64,000 nt of DNA from an uncultured Candidatus Saccharibacteria bacterium (GCA_964434195.1 CAYSUI010000005.1:10671-74670), one strand, 5' to 3'; positions 49,659 to 59,902 are shown, counted from the first letter of the stretch. Numbers and translations are program-made. The notes: generated from the sequence alone by a model not told the origin.

Positions 49659-49725
49659 AGACAGAAAAATTAAGAAATGCTATAAATACAAATTAATTCC
49701 TACATCCAACATTCGGAGGCTAAAA

Positions 49726-50184
49726 GTGGACATAAGAAAATCAGCTAAGTCATTGTTAGATGTGTTAATCTTTCTCTGGCCAATCACCATCATATTAATT
49801 GGGGTATTATTATCCCTAACTTTCGTCATATTGTACGACTACTTACCAACTTCTCCTCTACCAAGTTACAAAATCGAAGGTATAGGACAAATCTACATGC
49901 ACGAAAAAGGTAGATACACCATCGAAGTAAACAAACCTGGTACAAAAGAATTCACGCTGGAATCTCTTTCGCAAGACCGATACGATTTTGGAGCTAATAT
50001 TGTTGTAAGAGACGTGCCCGAAGAAAACCAAAATTACATCATCATTAAACAGGTTAAAAATGGTTTAACCGGTGGAACGCAAAACGCGCAACTCGAATTC
50101 CATATTAAGCCTTCTTCCCGAATACAAGGTGGAAGTTGGGACCATGGTAAGTCAGGCAAAGGGACAACCCAGCCAATCGATTAG
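49726..50184 (+). CDS. Hypothetical protein with N-terminal TM helix
   Basis: ORF with terminator hairpin at 50186-50215. Confidence 0.35.
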   Translation: MDIRKSAKSLLDVLIFLWPITIILIGVLLSLTFVILYDYLPTSPLPSYKIEGIGQIYMHEKGRYTIEVNKPGTKEFTLESLSQDRYDFGANIVVRDVPEENQNYIIIKQVKNGLTGGTQNAQLEFHIKPSSRIQGGSWDHGKSGKGTTQPID

Positions 50185-50249
50185 CATACAACCCAAACAA
50201 GGTTGTTTTTTTATTTGGCAACTCGAGGCTATACCATTAAACTAACCAT

Positions 50250-51284
50250 ATGCAAAACAAGATAAAAATCGCCATTCTATACGGTGGCAAATCAGCGGAA
50301 CACGAAATCTCCATAAGGTCAGCCGAAAGCATAGAAAAAGCTCTCGATAAAGAAAAATACGAAATAACAAAAATATTCATTGCTCCAAGTGGAAAGTGGC
50401 AACTGGAAAATAAATCTAAAAACATCCTTCTAGCCCCAGAATCTAACGGCGAACTAACCGTTAATGGAGAAGTTTCGGCACAAAAAATAGATGTTGTTTT
50501 TCCAGTCCTCCACGGACCCTTCGGTGAAGATGGCACTGTTCAGGGACTCCTTAAACTTGCCGGAATACCTTTTGTAGGGCCAAGCGTACTAGGTTCTAGC
50601 ATAGGTATGGACAAAGACGTTACCAAAAGACTACTAAAGGAAGCTGGTATTCCCATCCCAAAATTCATAACAACCACACAGTCTAAATTACCTAGCTACG
50701 TATTAGCCAAAGAAACCCTAGGTAATATCATATTCGTAAAACCAGCAAATTTAGGTTCTTCTGTTGGTGTACATAAGGTAACCAATGAACAAGAATACCA
50801 ATCGGCAACTATAAATGCTTTCTCTTACGACACTAAAATATTACTAGAAGAATTCATAGAAGGTAGAGAAATAGAATGCTCCGTTTTAGGTAACGAAGAC
50901 CCCATAAGTTCTCTTCCCGGTGAAATAATCCCCACTCACGACTTCTATTCATACGACGCAAAATATACCGATCAAAACGGAGCTAAATACGAAATTCCAG
51001 CTAAGCTAGACGAAATTACAACGAAAAAAATTCAAGATTTAAGTATAAAATCTTTTAAAACACTTTGTTGCGAAGGAATGTCTCGAGTAGATTTTTTCCT
51101 TAAGCCAAATGGTGAAATATTAGTAAACGAAGTTAACACCATCCCGGGTTTCACTTCTATCAGCATGTACCCGAAAATGTGGGAAGCTAGCGGTCTCCCA
51201 TATAGCAAACTATTAGATAAACTAATAGATCTAGCAATAAAAAGACATCAGACAGAACAAAAACTCCTAACAAATAGACCATAA
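50250..51284 (+). CDS. ddl: D-alanine--D-alanine ligase
   Basis: N-terminal IAILYGGKSAEHEISIRSA, ATP-grasp domain, C-terminal EVNTIPGFTSISMYPK. Confidence 0.9.
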   Translation: MQNKIKIAILYGGKSAEHEISIRSAESIEKALDKEKYEITKIFIAPSGKWQLENKSKNILLAPESNGELTVNGEVSAQKIDVVFPVLHGPFGEDGTVQGLLKLAGIPFVGPSVLGSSIGMDKDVTKRLLKEAGIPIPKFITTTQSKLPSYVLAKETLGNIIFVKPANLGSSVGVHKVTNEQEYQSATINAFSYDTKILLEEFIEGREIECSVLGNEDPISSLPGEIIPTHDFYSYDAKYTDQNGAKYEIPAKLDEITTKKIQDLSIKSFKTLCCEGMSRVDFFLKPNGEILVNEVNTIPGFTSISMYPKMWEASGLPYSKLLDKLIDLAIKRHQTEQKLLTNRP

Positions 51285-51286
51285 TT

Positions 51287-51320
51287 AAAACCCCCGAAAC
51301 TATCGGGGGTTTTAAATACT
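51287..51320. terminator. Bidirectional terminator hairpin AAAACCCCCGA-aacta-TCGGGGGTTTT between convergent ddl and rpsA
   Basis: 11-bp stem flanked by A/T runs on both sides. Confidence 0.6.
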
Positions 51321-51323
51321 TTA

Positions 51324-52484
51324 CTACTTTGTCTTCTCTTCTGTGTTTTCCTTTGTAGGAGCATCACTAGACTTAAGTGTAAGCCCAAGTCTGTGCTCGC
51401 CTGGTTCAATAGAAATTATCTTGAACACTTTCTCATCTCCAATAGCAACAACATCTTCTGCCTGCTTCACTGGGTCATTAGATAATTCCATTAAATGTGC
51501 CAAGCCCTGTATATCTTTATCCAGCTCTACAAATACTCCAAATGGCATTATCTTTGTAATTTTTCCACTTACTTCCTGACCTACCTGATATTTTTTAACA
51601 GCCTCTAACCAAGGGTCTGTCTTAAGTTGTTTAATAGACAAAGAAACTCTACCTTTGTCTATAGCTATTATTTTACATTCAACTTCTTGCCCAACTCTTA
51701 TAATATCTTTCGGATTCTCTATTCTCTGCCAAGCAAGCTCAGAAATATGCACCAAACCTTCAAGTTCACCAAATTTTACGAAAACACCGAAATCTACTAC
51801 ACCTGTTACTGTACCTTTTACTACCTGGCCTATTTTCAACTTACCCAACTTATCTTCCATTTCTTTTTCATATACCGCACGCTCAGAAACGATGAGCTTT
51901 TCTTCTTCAGAATCAGCAGTAATTATCTGTACAGTGAAAATTTGTCCTACATAAGAATTTAAAGCGGAAAGAATTTTGTTCTTATCGCCTTCTTCTACTC
52001 TAGGGTAGTGTTCTAAAGAAAGCTGAGACACTGGCAAGAATCCAGTTACTCCGTTTATTTCTACCATAAGTCCACCCTTGTTAGCAGCCAATATCTTAGT
52101 GTGAACAACTTCTTTACTATCAAGCTTGTCTTTAAGTGTTTGCCATACTCGTTCTTGCCCAGCAACACGAAGACTAAGCTCTACGTTACCATCTTTATTT
52201 TCTGCCTCTACAACAGAGGCAGTAATGATATCACCTACTTTTAAAGAATTTAGGGTAGCTTCATCATCATAAAGCTCTCTACCTCTTACAACACCCAGAC
52301 CCAAACCCTCTATATCAATATAAACTTCATTTTTACCTACGGAAAGTAGAGTACCTTCTACCATATCTCCAGGTTTAATAACCCGGATCTCAACACCACT
52401 TGCTAACAAATCGCTCATTGTCTGAGCTTTTTGAGCATTTGAATTAATTTGTTCGTCTGACATATATATAAAAAACACCTGCAA
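51324..52484 (-). CDS. rpsA: 30S ribosomal protein S1, short 4-domain form (likely start at internal Met near 52463)
   Basis: Four S1 OB-fold repeats (GDMVEGTLLSV..., GDIITASVV..., GQIFTVQII..., GQVVKGTVTGV..., GQEVSGKITKI...). Confidence 0.85.
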   Translation of the reverse strand: MQVFFIYMSDEQINSNAQKAQTMSDLLASGVEIRVIKPGDMVEGTLLSVGKNEVYIDIEGLGLGVVRGRELYDDEATLNSLKVGDIITASVVEAENKDGNVELSLRVAGQERVWQTLKDKLDSKEVVHTKILAANKGGLMVEINGVTGFLPVSQLSLEHYPRVEEGDKNKILSALNSYVGQIFTVQIITADSEEEKLIVSERAVYEKEMEDKLGKLKIGQVVKGTVTGVVDFGVFVKFGELEGLVHISELAWQRIENPKDIIRVGQEVECKIIAIDKGRVSLSIKQLKTDPWLEAVKKYQVGQEVSGKITKIMPFGVFVELDKDIQGLAHLMELSNDPVKQAEDVVAIGDEKVFKIISIEPGEHRLGLTLKSSDAPTKENTEEKTK

Positions 52485-52661
52485 GCAGATGTTTAACCAT
52501 AAGAATACAATTCCCTATAAAAACAGAGTATTAAATTCTAATAATTAAACAGTGCCTTGCCCAAAACGGGCAACTTATTCGGGATTAATAATTAAATTTA
52601 GATAAAAGCACTGAACCAAATAAGCCTCCCCATTATACGTAAAAGATTTACCCTTGTCATC

Positions 52662-52690
52662 TTGACAAAAATACTAATTATTAGCATAAT
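52662..52690 (+). promoter_or_regulatory. Sigma-70-like promoter TTGACA-17 nt-CATAAT upstream of the 52777 ORF
   Basis: Consensus -35 and near-consensus -10 with 17-nt spacer. Confidence 0.4.
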
Positions 52691-52776
52691 TTCATTTATT
52701 TCTAACACTCCGAATGAAAAAGTTTTAACCCAAATATACCTTTATTAGGAGTCAAAAAAACTAACCTGGAGAAGTA

Positions 52777-53148
52777 ATGGTTAAATTCGTTATAAAAGTA
52801 AAAATAGAAGAAGATGACCCAAACATACAAACAAAATCATGGGAAGGGTTTATTGAACTACCAGTACCGAATGGATGCAATCTTCAAGACCCCCAAACAT
52901 TTGGAAGAATGGCCTCAAAAGCGCTATGTATGTTGGGTGGCTGGAAGTCAGTCGATACTGAACGCCCTCAAAACAGGATCATAGCTATCGCTCAACTTAT
53001 GCAACTTTTAGGTAAACTTGCCAATTCATTTAGGAATGCATTCGAAACCCGCTCAAATGAATCTCTCCAAGGCATAGACACTATCATAATCGGATTCCCA
53101 AAAAATGGAATTGGTATCGCTCAAACCCATGAAATCAGAATGAAATGA
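52777..53148 (+). CDS. Hypothetical protein
   Basis: ORF with SD ggagaagtaATG. Confidence 0.35.
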   Translation: MVKFVIKVKIEEDDPNIQTKSWEGFIELPVPNGCNLQDPQTFGRMASKALCMLGGWKSVDTERPQNRIIAIAQLMQLLGKLANSFRNAFETRSNESLQGIDTIIIGFPKNGIGIAQTHEIRMK

Positions 53149-53316
53149 ATTCAAACATACCGTAAAAGTGACAGTATTTTTTATTGCCTAAACACCCCAA
53201 AAAAAGTACAATACATAGGTACTTTTAATAATTTATTAGCGGTTTTTTCTTCTCTTTTTGCCTTCCAAAGATGTAGCATTTCTAGGATCCGGCTTTGCCG
53301 GGCATAGAAATAACAG

Positions 53317-53361
53317 CGGAAAGGGTGAGTAATGAGAGGGAAAACCATGTTTTCCCTCTCA
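53317..53361 (+). repeat. Copy B of the SD + ATG + hairpin repeat (GGAAAGGGTGAGTAATGAGAGGGAAAACCATGTTTTCCCTCT) just upstream of the 53363 ORF
   Basis: Near-identical to 41870-41914. Confidence 0.7.
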
Positions 53362-53362
53362 T

Positions 53363-53989
53363 ATGCATTTACAATTTTTCGGACTTTCAAGTTTCAAATT
53401 CACAACAAAAGAAGCAGTGGTAGTTACCGACCCCTTCGATAAATCGTCTGGTCTTACTCCACCAAGAGGTGGAGCAGATATAGTAATTCTCGCCGAAAAA
53501 GAAAACCCACTCTATTCAGAAATAAAAGGTATTACCGGTGAACCTTTCCATGCTTTCGACCCAGGAGAATACGACGTAAAAGGAGTAACAATAACCGGCA
53601 TCCCTTTAAAACAAGATAAGGGCTATGTAACGGCATTCCTAATAGAAAGTGAAGATATCAGAATTCTTAATTTAACTCACATTAAAGAATTCTCTATGAA
53701 ACAAGACGAACTAGAAGACTTGGGAGATATAGACATTCTCATCTTGCCCGTTGGTGGCCACTCTGTAATGGACGCTAGTACAGCAGCCAAAGTAGTAAAC
53801 CAAGTAGAACCCGCTCTTATTATTCCCAGCCACTACAGTATGGACGGACTAAAAACAGAAACCGATAAATTAGAAAAATTTGTTAAAGAAATGGGTGGTA
53901 AATCAGAAGAGACAGATAAAATAATCGTTAAAAAGAAAGACCTAAACCCAGAAATTTCCAAAGTTATGGTTCTCACGCCTATGAGATAA
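53363..53989 (+). CDS. MBL-fold-like hydrolase homolog lacking the HxHxDH metal motif
   Basis: UPF0173-like length and C-terminal ILILPVGGH...IIPSHY pattern; N-terminal His cluster absent. Confidence 0.3.
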   Translation: MHLQFFGLSSFKFTTKEAVVVTDPFDKSSGLTPPRGGADIVILAEKENPLYSEIKGITGEPFHAFDPGEYDVKGVTITGIPLKQDKGYVTAFLIESEDIRILNLTHIKEFSMKQDELEDLGDIDILILPVGGHSVMDASTAAKVVNQVEPALIIPSHYSMDGLKTETDKLEKFVKEMGGKSEETDKIIVKKKDLNPEISKVMVLTPMR

Positions 53990-53998
53990 TTTTGATCC

Positions 53999-54229
53999 AT
54001 GTATATGTCTCTAAAAGATATTCAAAACAAAAGTCCCGAAGAAAAAAAGAGATTAATAGCTATAATCTTATTCATAACATCTCTATTTCTTGTAGGTCTC
54101 TGGATAGCAACGTCTAAACTCAGACATAACCTAAACAAAGACGAAACTATAATTGAAACCTTCAGAACCGGAATCCAGGATACCAAAACCAATTTTAAAA
54201 ACCCTAACGCCCCAGATCCTTCTAAATAA
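53999..54229 (+). CDS. Small membrane protein, hypothetical
   Basis: ORF with one TM helix. Confidence 0.25.
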   Translation: MYMSLKDIQNKSPEEKKRLIAIILFITSLFLVGLWIATSKLRHNLNKDETIIETFRTGIQDTKTNFKNPNAPDPSK

Positions 54230-54238
54230 CTATCAAAA

Positions 54239-56713
54239 ATGACCAACAAAGATAAAGAAATCGCAAAAACCGATGAATTCAACATCGGCACAGTCAAACC
54301 AAGAGACATTCAAACAGAAATGCAAGAATCTTACTTGGATTACGCAATGAGTGTTATCGTTAACCGCGCCCTCCCAGACATTAGAGACGGCCTTAAGCCA
54401 GTACACAGACGCATATTCTATGCTATGCACGAACTAGGACTACGCCATAACGCTAAATTCCGTAAATCTGCAGCTGTTGTTGGTGAAGTACTTGGTAAAT
54501 ACCACCCACACGGCGACCAAGCGGTTTACCAGTCCATGGTTCACATGGCCCAAGACTTCGCCATGCGTTACCCGCTTATAGACGGTCAAGGAAATTTCGG
54601 TTCTATGGATGGCGATGAAGCCGCAGCCATGCGTTATACAGAAGCCAGAATGGATTCTCTTGCAGAGGAACTCCTAACAGACCTAGACAAAGAAACCGTT
54701 GAATGGCGAGATAACTACGATGCCACAAGAAAAGAACCTTCTGTGCTCCCAGCAAAGCTTCCAAACCTTTTACTAAATGGAACTCTTGGCATCGCTGTTG
54801 GTATGGCCACAGACATACCCCCACACAACATAAGCGAAGTTATAGACGGCATCACAATGCTTATAGAAGACCCAGAGGTAACCGTTGAAGATCTCACTAC
54901 AGTAGTTAAAGGTCCAGATTTTCCTACCGGAGGAACAATCTACGATATCGCAAGTATAAGAAACGCATACGCTACAGGAAAAGGAAGCATAGTAATGCGC
55001 GGTAAAACCGAAATTGTAGAAACCAAAAGTGGCATGTTCCAAATCATCATCAACGAAATTCCGTATCGTGTGAACAAAGCCACAATGCTCGAAAGAATTG
55101 CCGACCTAGTTCGTGACAAAAAAATTGAAGGCATAAAAGATGTACGTGATGAATCCGACAAAGAGGGCGTTAGGGTCGTAATCGACTTAAAAAAAGAAAG
55201 TTTACCAAACAAAATACTCAATCAGTTATTCTCTTACACCCAGCTCCAAGAAACCTTTCACATGAACATGCTGGCGCTTATAGACGGACTAGAACCAAGG
55301 GTTCTAAACCTCAAAAGCATTCTGGAAGAATACATAAAACACAGACAAGTTGTTGTAAGAAGAAGAACGGAGTTCGATCTCAAAAAAGCAAAAGAACGAG
55401 CACACATTTTAGAGGGTTTAACTATTGCGCTAGACCACATAGACGAAGTCATAAACACCATAAGAAAGAGCGCAACAAAAGAAGAAGCCCACGCTAACTT
55501 AATGAAAAAGTTTAAGTTAAGCACTCTTCAAGCTCAAGCTATCCTAGATATGAGACTGCAAACACTCGCAGGTCTCGAAAGAAAGAAAATAGACGATGAG
55601 TTAAAAGAGAAAAGAAAACTTATCGCAGAACTGGAAGATATACTTAGCAAACCAAAGCGTATTCTCGCTATTATAAAAACCGAAATTGCTGAACTCAAAG
55701 AAAAATATGGCGACGAGAGACGTACTCAAATAGTTAAGTCCCCTGTTGGCACATTCTCTGTAGAAGACCTTATACCAGAAAACGAAAGCCTAATATCTTT
55801 CACTAAGAGTGGGTACATAAAACGTCTAGCTCCAGAAACCTACAAAGCCCAAGTTAGAGGAGGCAAGGGTGTCATAGGTACCGGACTAAAAGACGAAGAC
55901 GTCGTTGAGAAGTTAATTTCCGCCAATACTCACGACGAAATTCTCTTTTTCACCAATAAAGGGAGGGTATTTCTTACTAAAGTTTATGAACTCCCAGAAG
56001 GAAGCAGAACTAGTAAAGGACAAGCTCTGGTTAACTTCCTAGAAATGGGTACAGGCGAAACCGCTACAGCAATTCTGACCCTAAGCAAAAACGACTCAGT
56101 AAAATTCCTCGTAATGGCCACTAAGGGCGGGGTTATAAAAAAGGTTGCAAGAGAAGAATTCGCTAAAGTTAGAAGATCAGGTCTTATCGCCATAAACCTA
56201 AAAGACGGAGATGAACTAAAATGGGTAGAAGGCAGTAGCGGAACTGACGAGATCATTCTTGTATCAGAAAATGGAATGGCAATTCGTTTCAACGAAAAAG
56301 ACGTAAGAGCAATGGGCAGAGTATCCACCGGAGTAGGTGGCATGAGACTTAAAAAAGGTGATTGCCTAATATCCATGGATGTAATCGCTAAAACTGCAGA
56401 CCAAAAAAATCTTGAGGTTTTGGTAATAACAGAAAAAGGTCTAGGTAAAAAGAGCCCTATCTCAGATTATAAAACCCAAAAAAGAGCCGGTGGTGGTGTA
56501 AAGACCCTAAAAATTACTCCAAAGACAGGTAAAGCCGTTGCAATGAATATCGTTAACAACAAAGATGAAAACGACCTTGTAATTATCTCCAAGCAAGGCC
56601 AAACCCTAAGAACACCCCTAAACTCCATCTCCACCCTAGGCCGAGCCACCCAAGGCGTAAGAGTAATGAGATTAGACGATGGAGACTCAGTGGCTAGCGT
56701 AACGGTCATTTAA
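54239..56713 (+). CDS. gyrA: DNA gyrase subunit A
   Basis: Active-site region [10 protein letters not shown] with catalytic Tyr; QRDR-like HPHGD; C-terminal beta-pinwheel repeats. Confidence 0.92.
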   Translation: MTNKDKEIAKTDEFNIGTVKPRDIQTEMQESYLDYAMSVIVNRALPDIRDGLKPVHRRIFYAMHELGLRHNAKFRKSAAVVGEVLGKYHPHGDQAVYQSMVHMAQDFAMRYPLIDGQGNFGSMDGDEAAAMRYTEARMDSLAEELLTDLDKETVEWRDNYDATRKEPSVLPAKLPNLLLNGTLGIAVGMATDIPPHNISEVIDGITMLIEDPEVTVEDLTTVVKGPDFPTGGTIYDIASIRNAYATGKGSIVMRGKTEIVETKSGMFQIIINEIPYRVNKATMLERIADLVRDKKIEGIKDVRDESDKEGVRVVIDLKKESLPNKILNQLFSYTQLQETFHMNMLALIDGLEPRVLNLKSILEEYIKHRQVVVRRRTEFDLKKAKERAHILEGLTIALDHIDEVINTIRKSATKEEAHANLMKKFKLSTLQAQAILDMRLQTLAGLERKKIDDELKEKRKLIAELEDILSKPKRILAIIKTEIAELKEKYGDERRTQIVKSPVGTFSVEDLIPENESLISFTKSGYIKRLAPETYKAQVRGGKGVIGTGLKDEDVVEKLISANTHDEILFFTNKGRVFLTKVYELPEGSRTSKGQALVNFLEMGTGETATAILTLSKNDSVKFLVMATKGGVIKKVAREEFAKVRRSGLIAINLKDGDELKWVEGSSGTDEIILVSENGMAIRFNEKDVRAMGRVSTGVGGMRLKKGDCLISMDVIAKTADQKNLEVLVITEKGLGKKSPISDYKTQKRAGGGVKTLKITPKTGKAVAMNIVNNKDENDLVIISKQGQTLRTPLNSISTLGRATQGVRVMRLDDGDSVASVTVI

Positions 56714-56843
56714 TAGCGGCAAGGCCGCGAGAAGGGAGGCTCGAATCTGGCTCTGCCAGTTCGAGAGGCGACGCAAGCCCCCTTAGTAGCAAGTCATGAG
56801 ATTAGACGATGGCGATAGCGTAGCAAGCGTTACTGTCATTTAG
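56714..56843. repeat. Insertion scar after the gyrA stop: 79-nt REP-like hairpin module X2 (56714-56792) followed by a diverged 51-nt duplicate of the gyrA 3' end (56793-56843)
   Basis: gtcatgagattagacgatggcgatagcgtagcaagcgttactgtcatttag vs gyrA terminal gtaatgagattagacgatggagactcagtggctagcgtaacggtcatttaa (about 80% identity). Confidence 0.7.
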
Positions 56844-57009
56844 GGATCCTAAATTACTTGCTTACATATTAGTTTTAGAAAAAAGCGCGAAGAGCGCTTT
56901 TTTCTAAAACATGGAAAGAAGCAATTTGGGAAGAGGAGAACTTTATGGAGACTGCAGTAATTAGTTTTATATCAAACTAATTAGGGAAGTCGAAATAAAG
57001 TTGGACGAG
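56844..57009 (+). ncRNA. Y2: second copy of the 165-nt structured element with SD + 11-codon mini-ORF (56945-56980, METAVISFISN)
   Basis: Aligns with Y1 with compensatory stem changes. Confidence 0.55.
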
Positions 57010-57066
57010 CAAGTGTGACTGTTATCTAAAACCCTAACCATTATTAAATATAAAAATAAGCGACTC

Positions 57067-57435
57067 CTAAGCGGGGTCGCTTTCGTTTTCTACCAGTTCA
57101 AGAATTCTCCTCTCAATTGTTATAAGATTAACGTTTAAAGGGAAACAAAATTGAGGAATTTCGGGATATTTCATTTGAGATTCACGCCAACTCTTAAGTG
57201 ATATAGTAACACCAAAAGATTTCTCAAGCTTATCGGTCCAAATCGTAAAATCTTTACCCTCACCATCAGCAACCGAATGGGGCCTGTGTCTCTTGTATTT
57301 AGTTATATACCCTTTCACTTTAAGTTCTTCTAATAATTTCTCGACCTTAGACTCCAAATCTCTACCGAATTCGGAATATCTTTTAGATTTTCTTTCACGA
57401 TAAGCCTGAAAATCTCGTTTATTCTTCCAACCCAT
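57067..57435 (-). CDS. Hypothetical basic protein
   Basis: ORF only. Confidence 0.3.
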   Translation of the reverse strand: MGWKNKRDFQAYRERKSKRYSEFGRDLESKVEKLLEELKVKGYITKYKRHRPHSVADGEGKDFTIWTDKLEKSFGVTISLKSWRESQMKYPEIPQFCFPLNVNLITIERRILELVENESDPA

Positions 57436-57563
57436 ATTCCCTCCTTTACCCCCCCTATTTTAAATATAATAACCCCACTTATCCACTCTTTGCAAAAACA
57501 TTTAGCCTTTGCTATCTTTGCTTTTGGTACAATCCATATATTGTCCAAAAAAGGAGACGACAA

Positions 57564-58466
57564 ATGATAAAGAGGGAAAAACAAAGCACATTAAATTGGA
57601 CTGAAGGTCATAACCTTTTGCTCGAATGCGGGATTAACCCCGATAGTCTAGATCCCGATTTTCTATTGCGTTATCGCATCCAAACAGAGGAATCAGATAG
57701 CATATATGACGCAAAAATAACTATCGAGCTAGCCAAAGAATTCAATACGTATTTAGAAAACTGTGGGTTTGCAATCCTGGACGATACAGAACTCAGAGAA
57801 ATTTTTGTAGGCTTGCTACTTTCGGATATCGGTAAAACTGGACCAGAATTTCCAGAAGGCATGCAAGAAACTCAAAAAATTCAACAGATACGCGATTACT
57901 TAAAACTATATTCAATTAAAAATATACCGAATTACGAGTCAATTTCTCTAGAAGATTGTATCAGAAAATATTTCTCCGAAGACAAAGAAATGGTATCCAG
58001 ATTTAAGGCATACGGCGAAGACCCATCTCAGTCCATGAGAAATTTCACTAACCAACACGCACACCGAAGCTACAAAATAGCTTGCAATAGCGGAATTCCC
58101 GAGGACACAATCCCCGCAATTGCTCTTCATCACATATTTGAAGACCAAAATCCTGATAATCTAGTTGCTGAAGACGGCCACTTTACTCGCGACTGTGGTT
58201 GCAACACAGAATTTCACCGTCCTGAACTTCTAGTGGTTATACTAGACAAACTAAATGCCGTCCAAACAAGACTTACTCCCGGACAAACCGCTCCCAGTTG
58301 GCTGGAAGCCACACTTTTAGTAGAAGTTCAAATGGAAGAACGAATCGAAAGACTAACTCACCCCGAACTCAAAAAACTTCTAAAATCCATGTGGTATGAG
58401 GTCACACAAACACTTCATAGAATCGCGGCCTTCAAATCTCCCAGAGCCTACAGTACGAAAGCTTAA
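57564..58466 (+). CDS. Hypothetical protein, possibly divergent HD-domain (LLSDIGK in place of LLHDIGK)
   Basis: HDIG-like context with several conserved His (HAHRS, IALHHI); SD aaaaaggagacgacaaATG. Confidence 0.3.
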   Translation: MIKREKQSTLNWTEGHNLLLECGINPDSLDPDFLLRYRIQTEESDSIYDAKITIELAKEFNTYLENCGFAILDDTELREIFVGLLLSDIGKTGPEFPEGMQETQKIQQIRDYLKLYSIKNIPNYESISLEDCIRKYFSEDKEMVSRFKAYGEDPSQSMRNFTNQHAHRSYKIACNSGIPEDTIPAIALHHIFEDQNPDNLVAEDGHFTRDCGCNTEFHRPELLVVILDKLNAVQTRLTPGQTAPSWLEATLLVEVQMEERIERLTHPELKKLLKSMWYEVTQTLHRIAAFKSPRAYSTKA

Positions 58467-58570
58467 AAAACCGAGCAACTTAGTTGCTCATTTTATTTTC
58501 CTTCTTGACTTTTATACAAAAATTCAGCAAAATGCACGATTCGACTTAAAATAATTTCTTTGGAGGGAAC

Positions 58571-59902
58571 ATGACAGGAACAAATCTGAACTCGCTTCTC
58601 AGCGAGTTTAAAAGACTAGCAGGAAACAACTTCCAACTTTTTACAAACCGATATTTCCAAGCGAGGTCGGGAGGAGAATTCGTTCTCCCTTACGAAGCCA
58701 TTCTTGAACACTTTGGTCTGAACCCCAAACTAGTTTCTGGCCAAACCCACATAATCATATGCGATGCTTTTCGTGACTTAGACGACGAGAAGACTATCAT
58801 TCTCATGAAAGCACTAATTGAATGCGAAGCCGAGCTCGCTGTCGTGGTCACAAATCTAAACAGCGCGCTCGACCGGGCGTGCGGAGTTAAAGGATTACTA
58901 AGACTACTGGATCTGGGTTTTGTACCAGTAGGAGTAGGTACTGACGGCTCCAACGAAGCGGTACCTTTCCATTTCGAAAGGACAGTACCTTTTGCAGTGC
59001 CCGCATACCAAGTAAACCCAGACGGTCAAAGCCTAATAATTAACACACTCACTTCCGCTAAGCCAAAAAGTGTAAGTGTGTTACTAATCTCCTCACTTCG
59101 TGATATGGACATCATATTAGAAGAAAACAACTCCCTCTGCCGCGATCGGATAAACCGAATTACCTTAATGGCGGGGGTAAAAATCGCAAATGGTAAACCA
59201 AAGTTGCTAAATGGCTTACTTCAAGCAGACATAAAGACTAACGGCGTAGGTGGTGCATCAAACTGCAATTTTGATACAGCTGCTAGCACAAGACTGTATC
59301 GGAACGCTCAAAAGCTCGAAATTCCTACTACAACTCTCACAAGAGTAACCGCGGGTGAAGTTAAGTTACCGTTTAGTATCTTCGATATTTGGGCTACCAC
59401 AGGCCACCCAGCCGCCTCACGCCTCAAAGACGGCCAATCCCATAGTTTCAATAACTTACGCCTGGCTTGCCTGGAAGGTAAAGGTGGTCCACACAGAGTA
59501 GCTCTCGAACTCGCGCTGGACCGAGACATAAACTGGTTCATCTATAAGGCGTTTTTCAGAAACGCTCCAAAAGAAATACAGGAGCAAATTCTGAACCTGC
59601 CATTACATGAATCTGTCTGGCCCATTGCCGCCGACTACGGCGAGCTTATGCCCTACGACCCACTGGCACTACTCGCAAGCATAGAAGGCAACTCGCTGTT
59701 TAACTATCACTCCACAGTGGTAGGCGGAGCTGTTCACAAGGTGGTAGGTATAGACGCCCAAAACACCGGCGCCCTAGACCCACTTTCCTTAAGAATGCTT
59801 CTGTTCATAGCCACAACAGAAGTACTCATAAGAACATCCAACCACGCCAAACGCGAATTCCTCGCCATAAAACGCGAACGCCTAGAAGCAAAAACTATCT
59901 AA
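58571..59902 (+). CDS. Hypothetical protein, weakly inosine-uridine nucleoside hydrolase-like N-terminus (IICDAFRDLDDE)
   Basis: Asp cluster resembling IUNH DxDxxxDD; locally higher GC. Confidence 0.25.
   Translation: MTGTNLNSLLSEFKRLAGNNFQLFTNRYFQARSGGEFVLPYEAILEHFGLNPKLVSGQTHIIICDAFRDLDDEKTIILMKALIECEAELAVVVTNLNSALDRACGVKGLLRLLDLGFVPVGVGTDGSNEAVPFHFERTVPFAVPAYQVNPDGQSLIINTLTSAKPKSVSVLLISSLRDMDIILEENNSLCRDRINRITLMAGVKIANGKPKLLNGLLQADIKTNGVGGASNCNFDTAASTRLYRNAQKLEIPTTTLTRVTAGEVKLPFSIFDIWATTGHPAASRLKDGQSHSFNNLRLACLEGKGGPHRVALELALDRDINWFIYKAFFRNAPKEIQEQILNLPLHESVWPIAADYGELMPYDPLALLASIEGNSLFNYHSTVVGGAVHKVVGIDAQNTGALDPLSLRMLLFIATTEVLIRTSNHAKREFLAIKRERLEAKTI

Noticed and set aside
47570-49700. 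Intact prophage or integrative element
   Set aside because: No integrase, capsid, terminase or other phage or ICE gene is present. Only an HNH endonuclease and one small unknown ORF are here, so these are scars or mini-elements rather than a complete element.
54603-56709. Multiple 60-130 aa minus-strand ORFs within gyrA
   Set aside because: They are antisense frames of a highly conserved gene.
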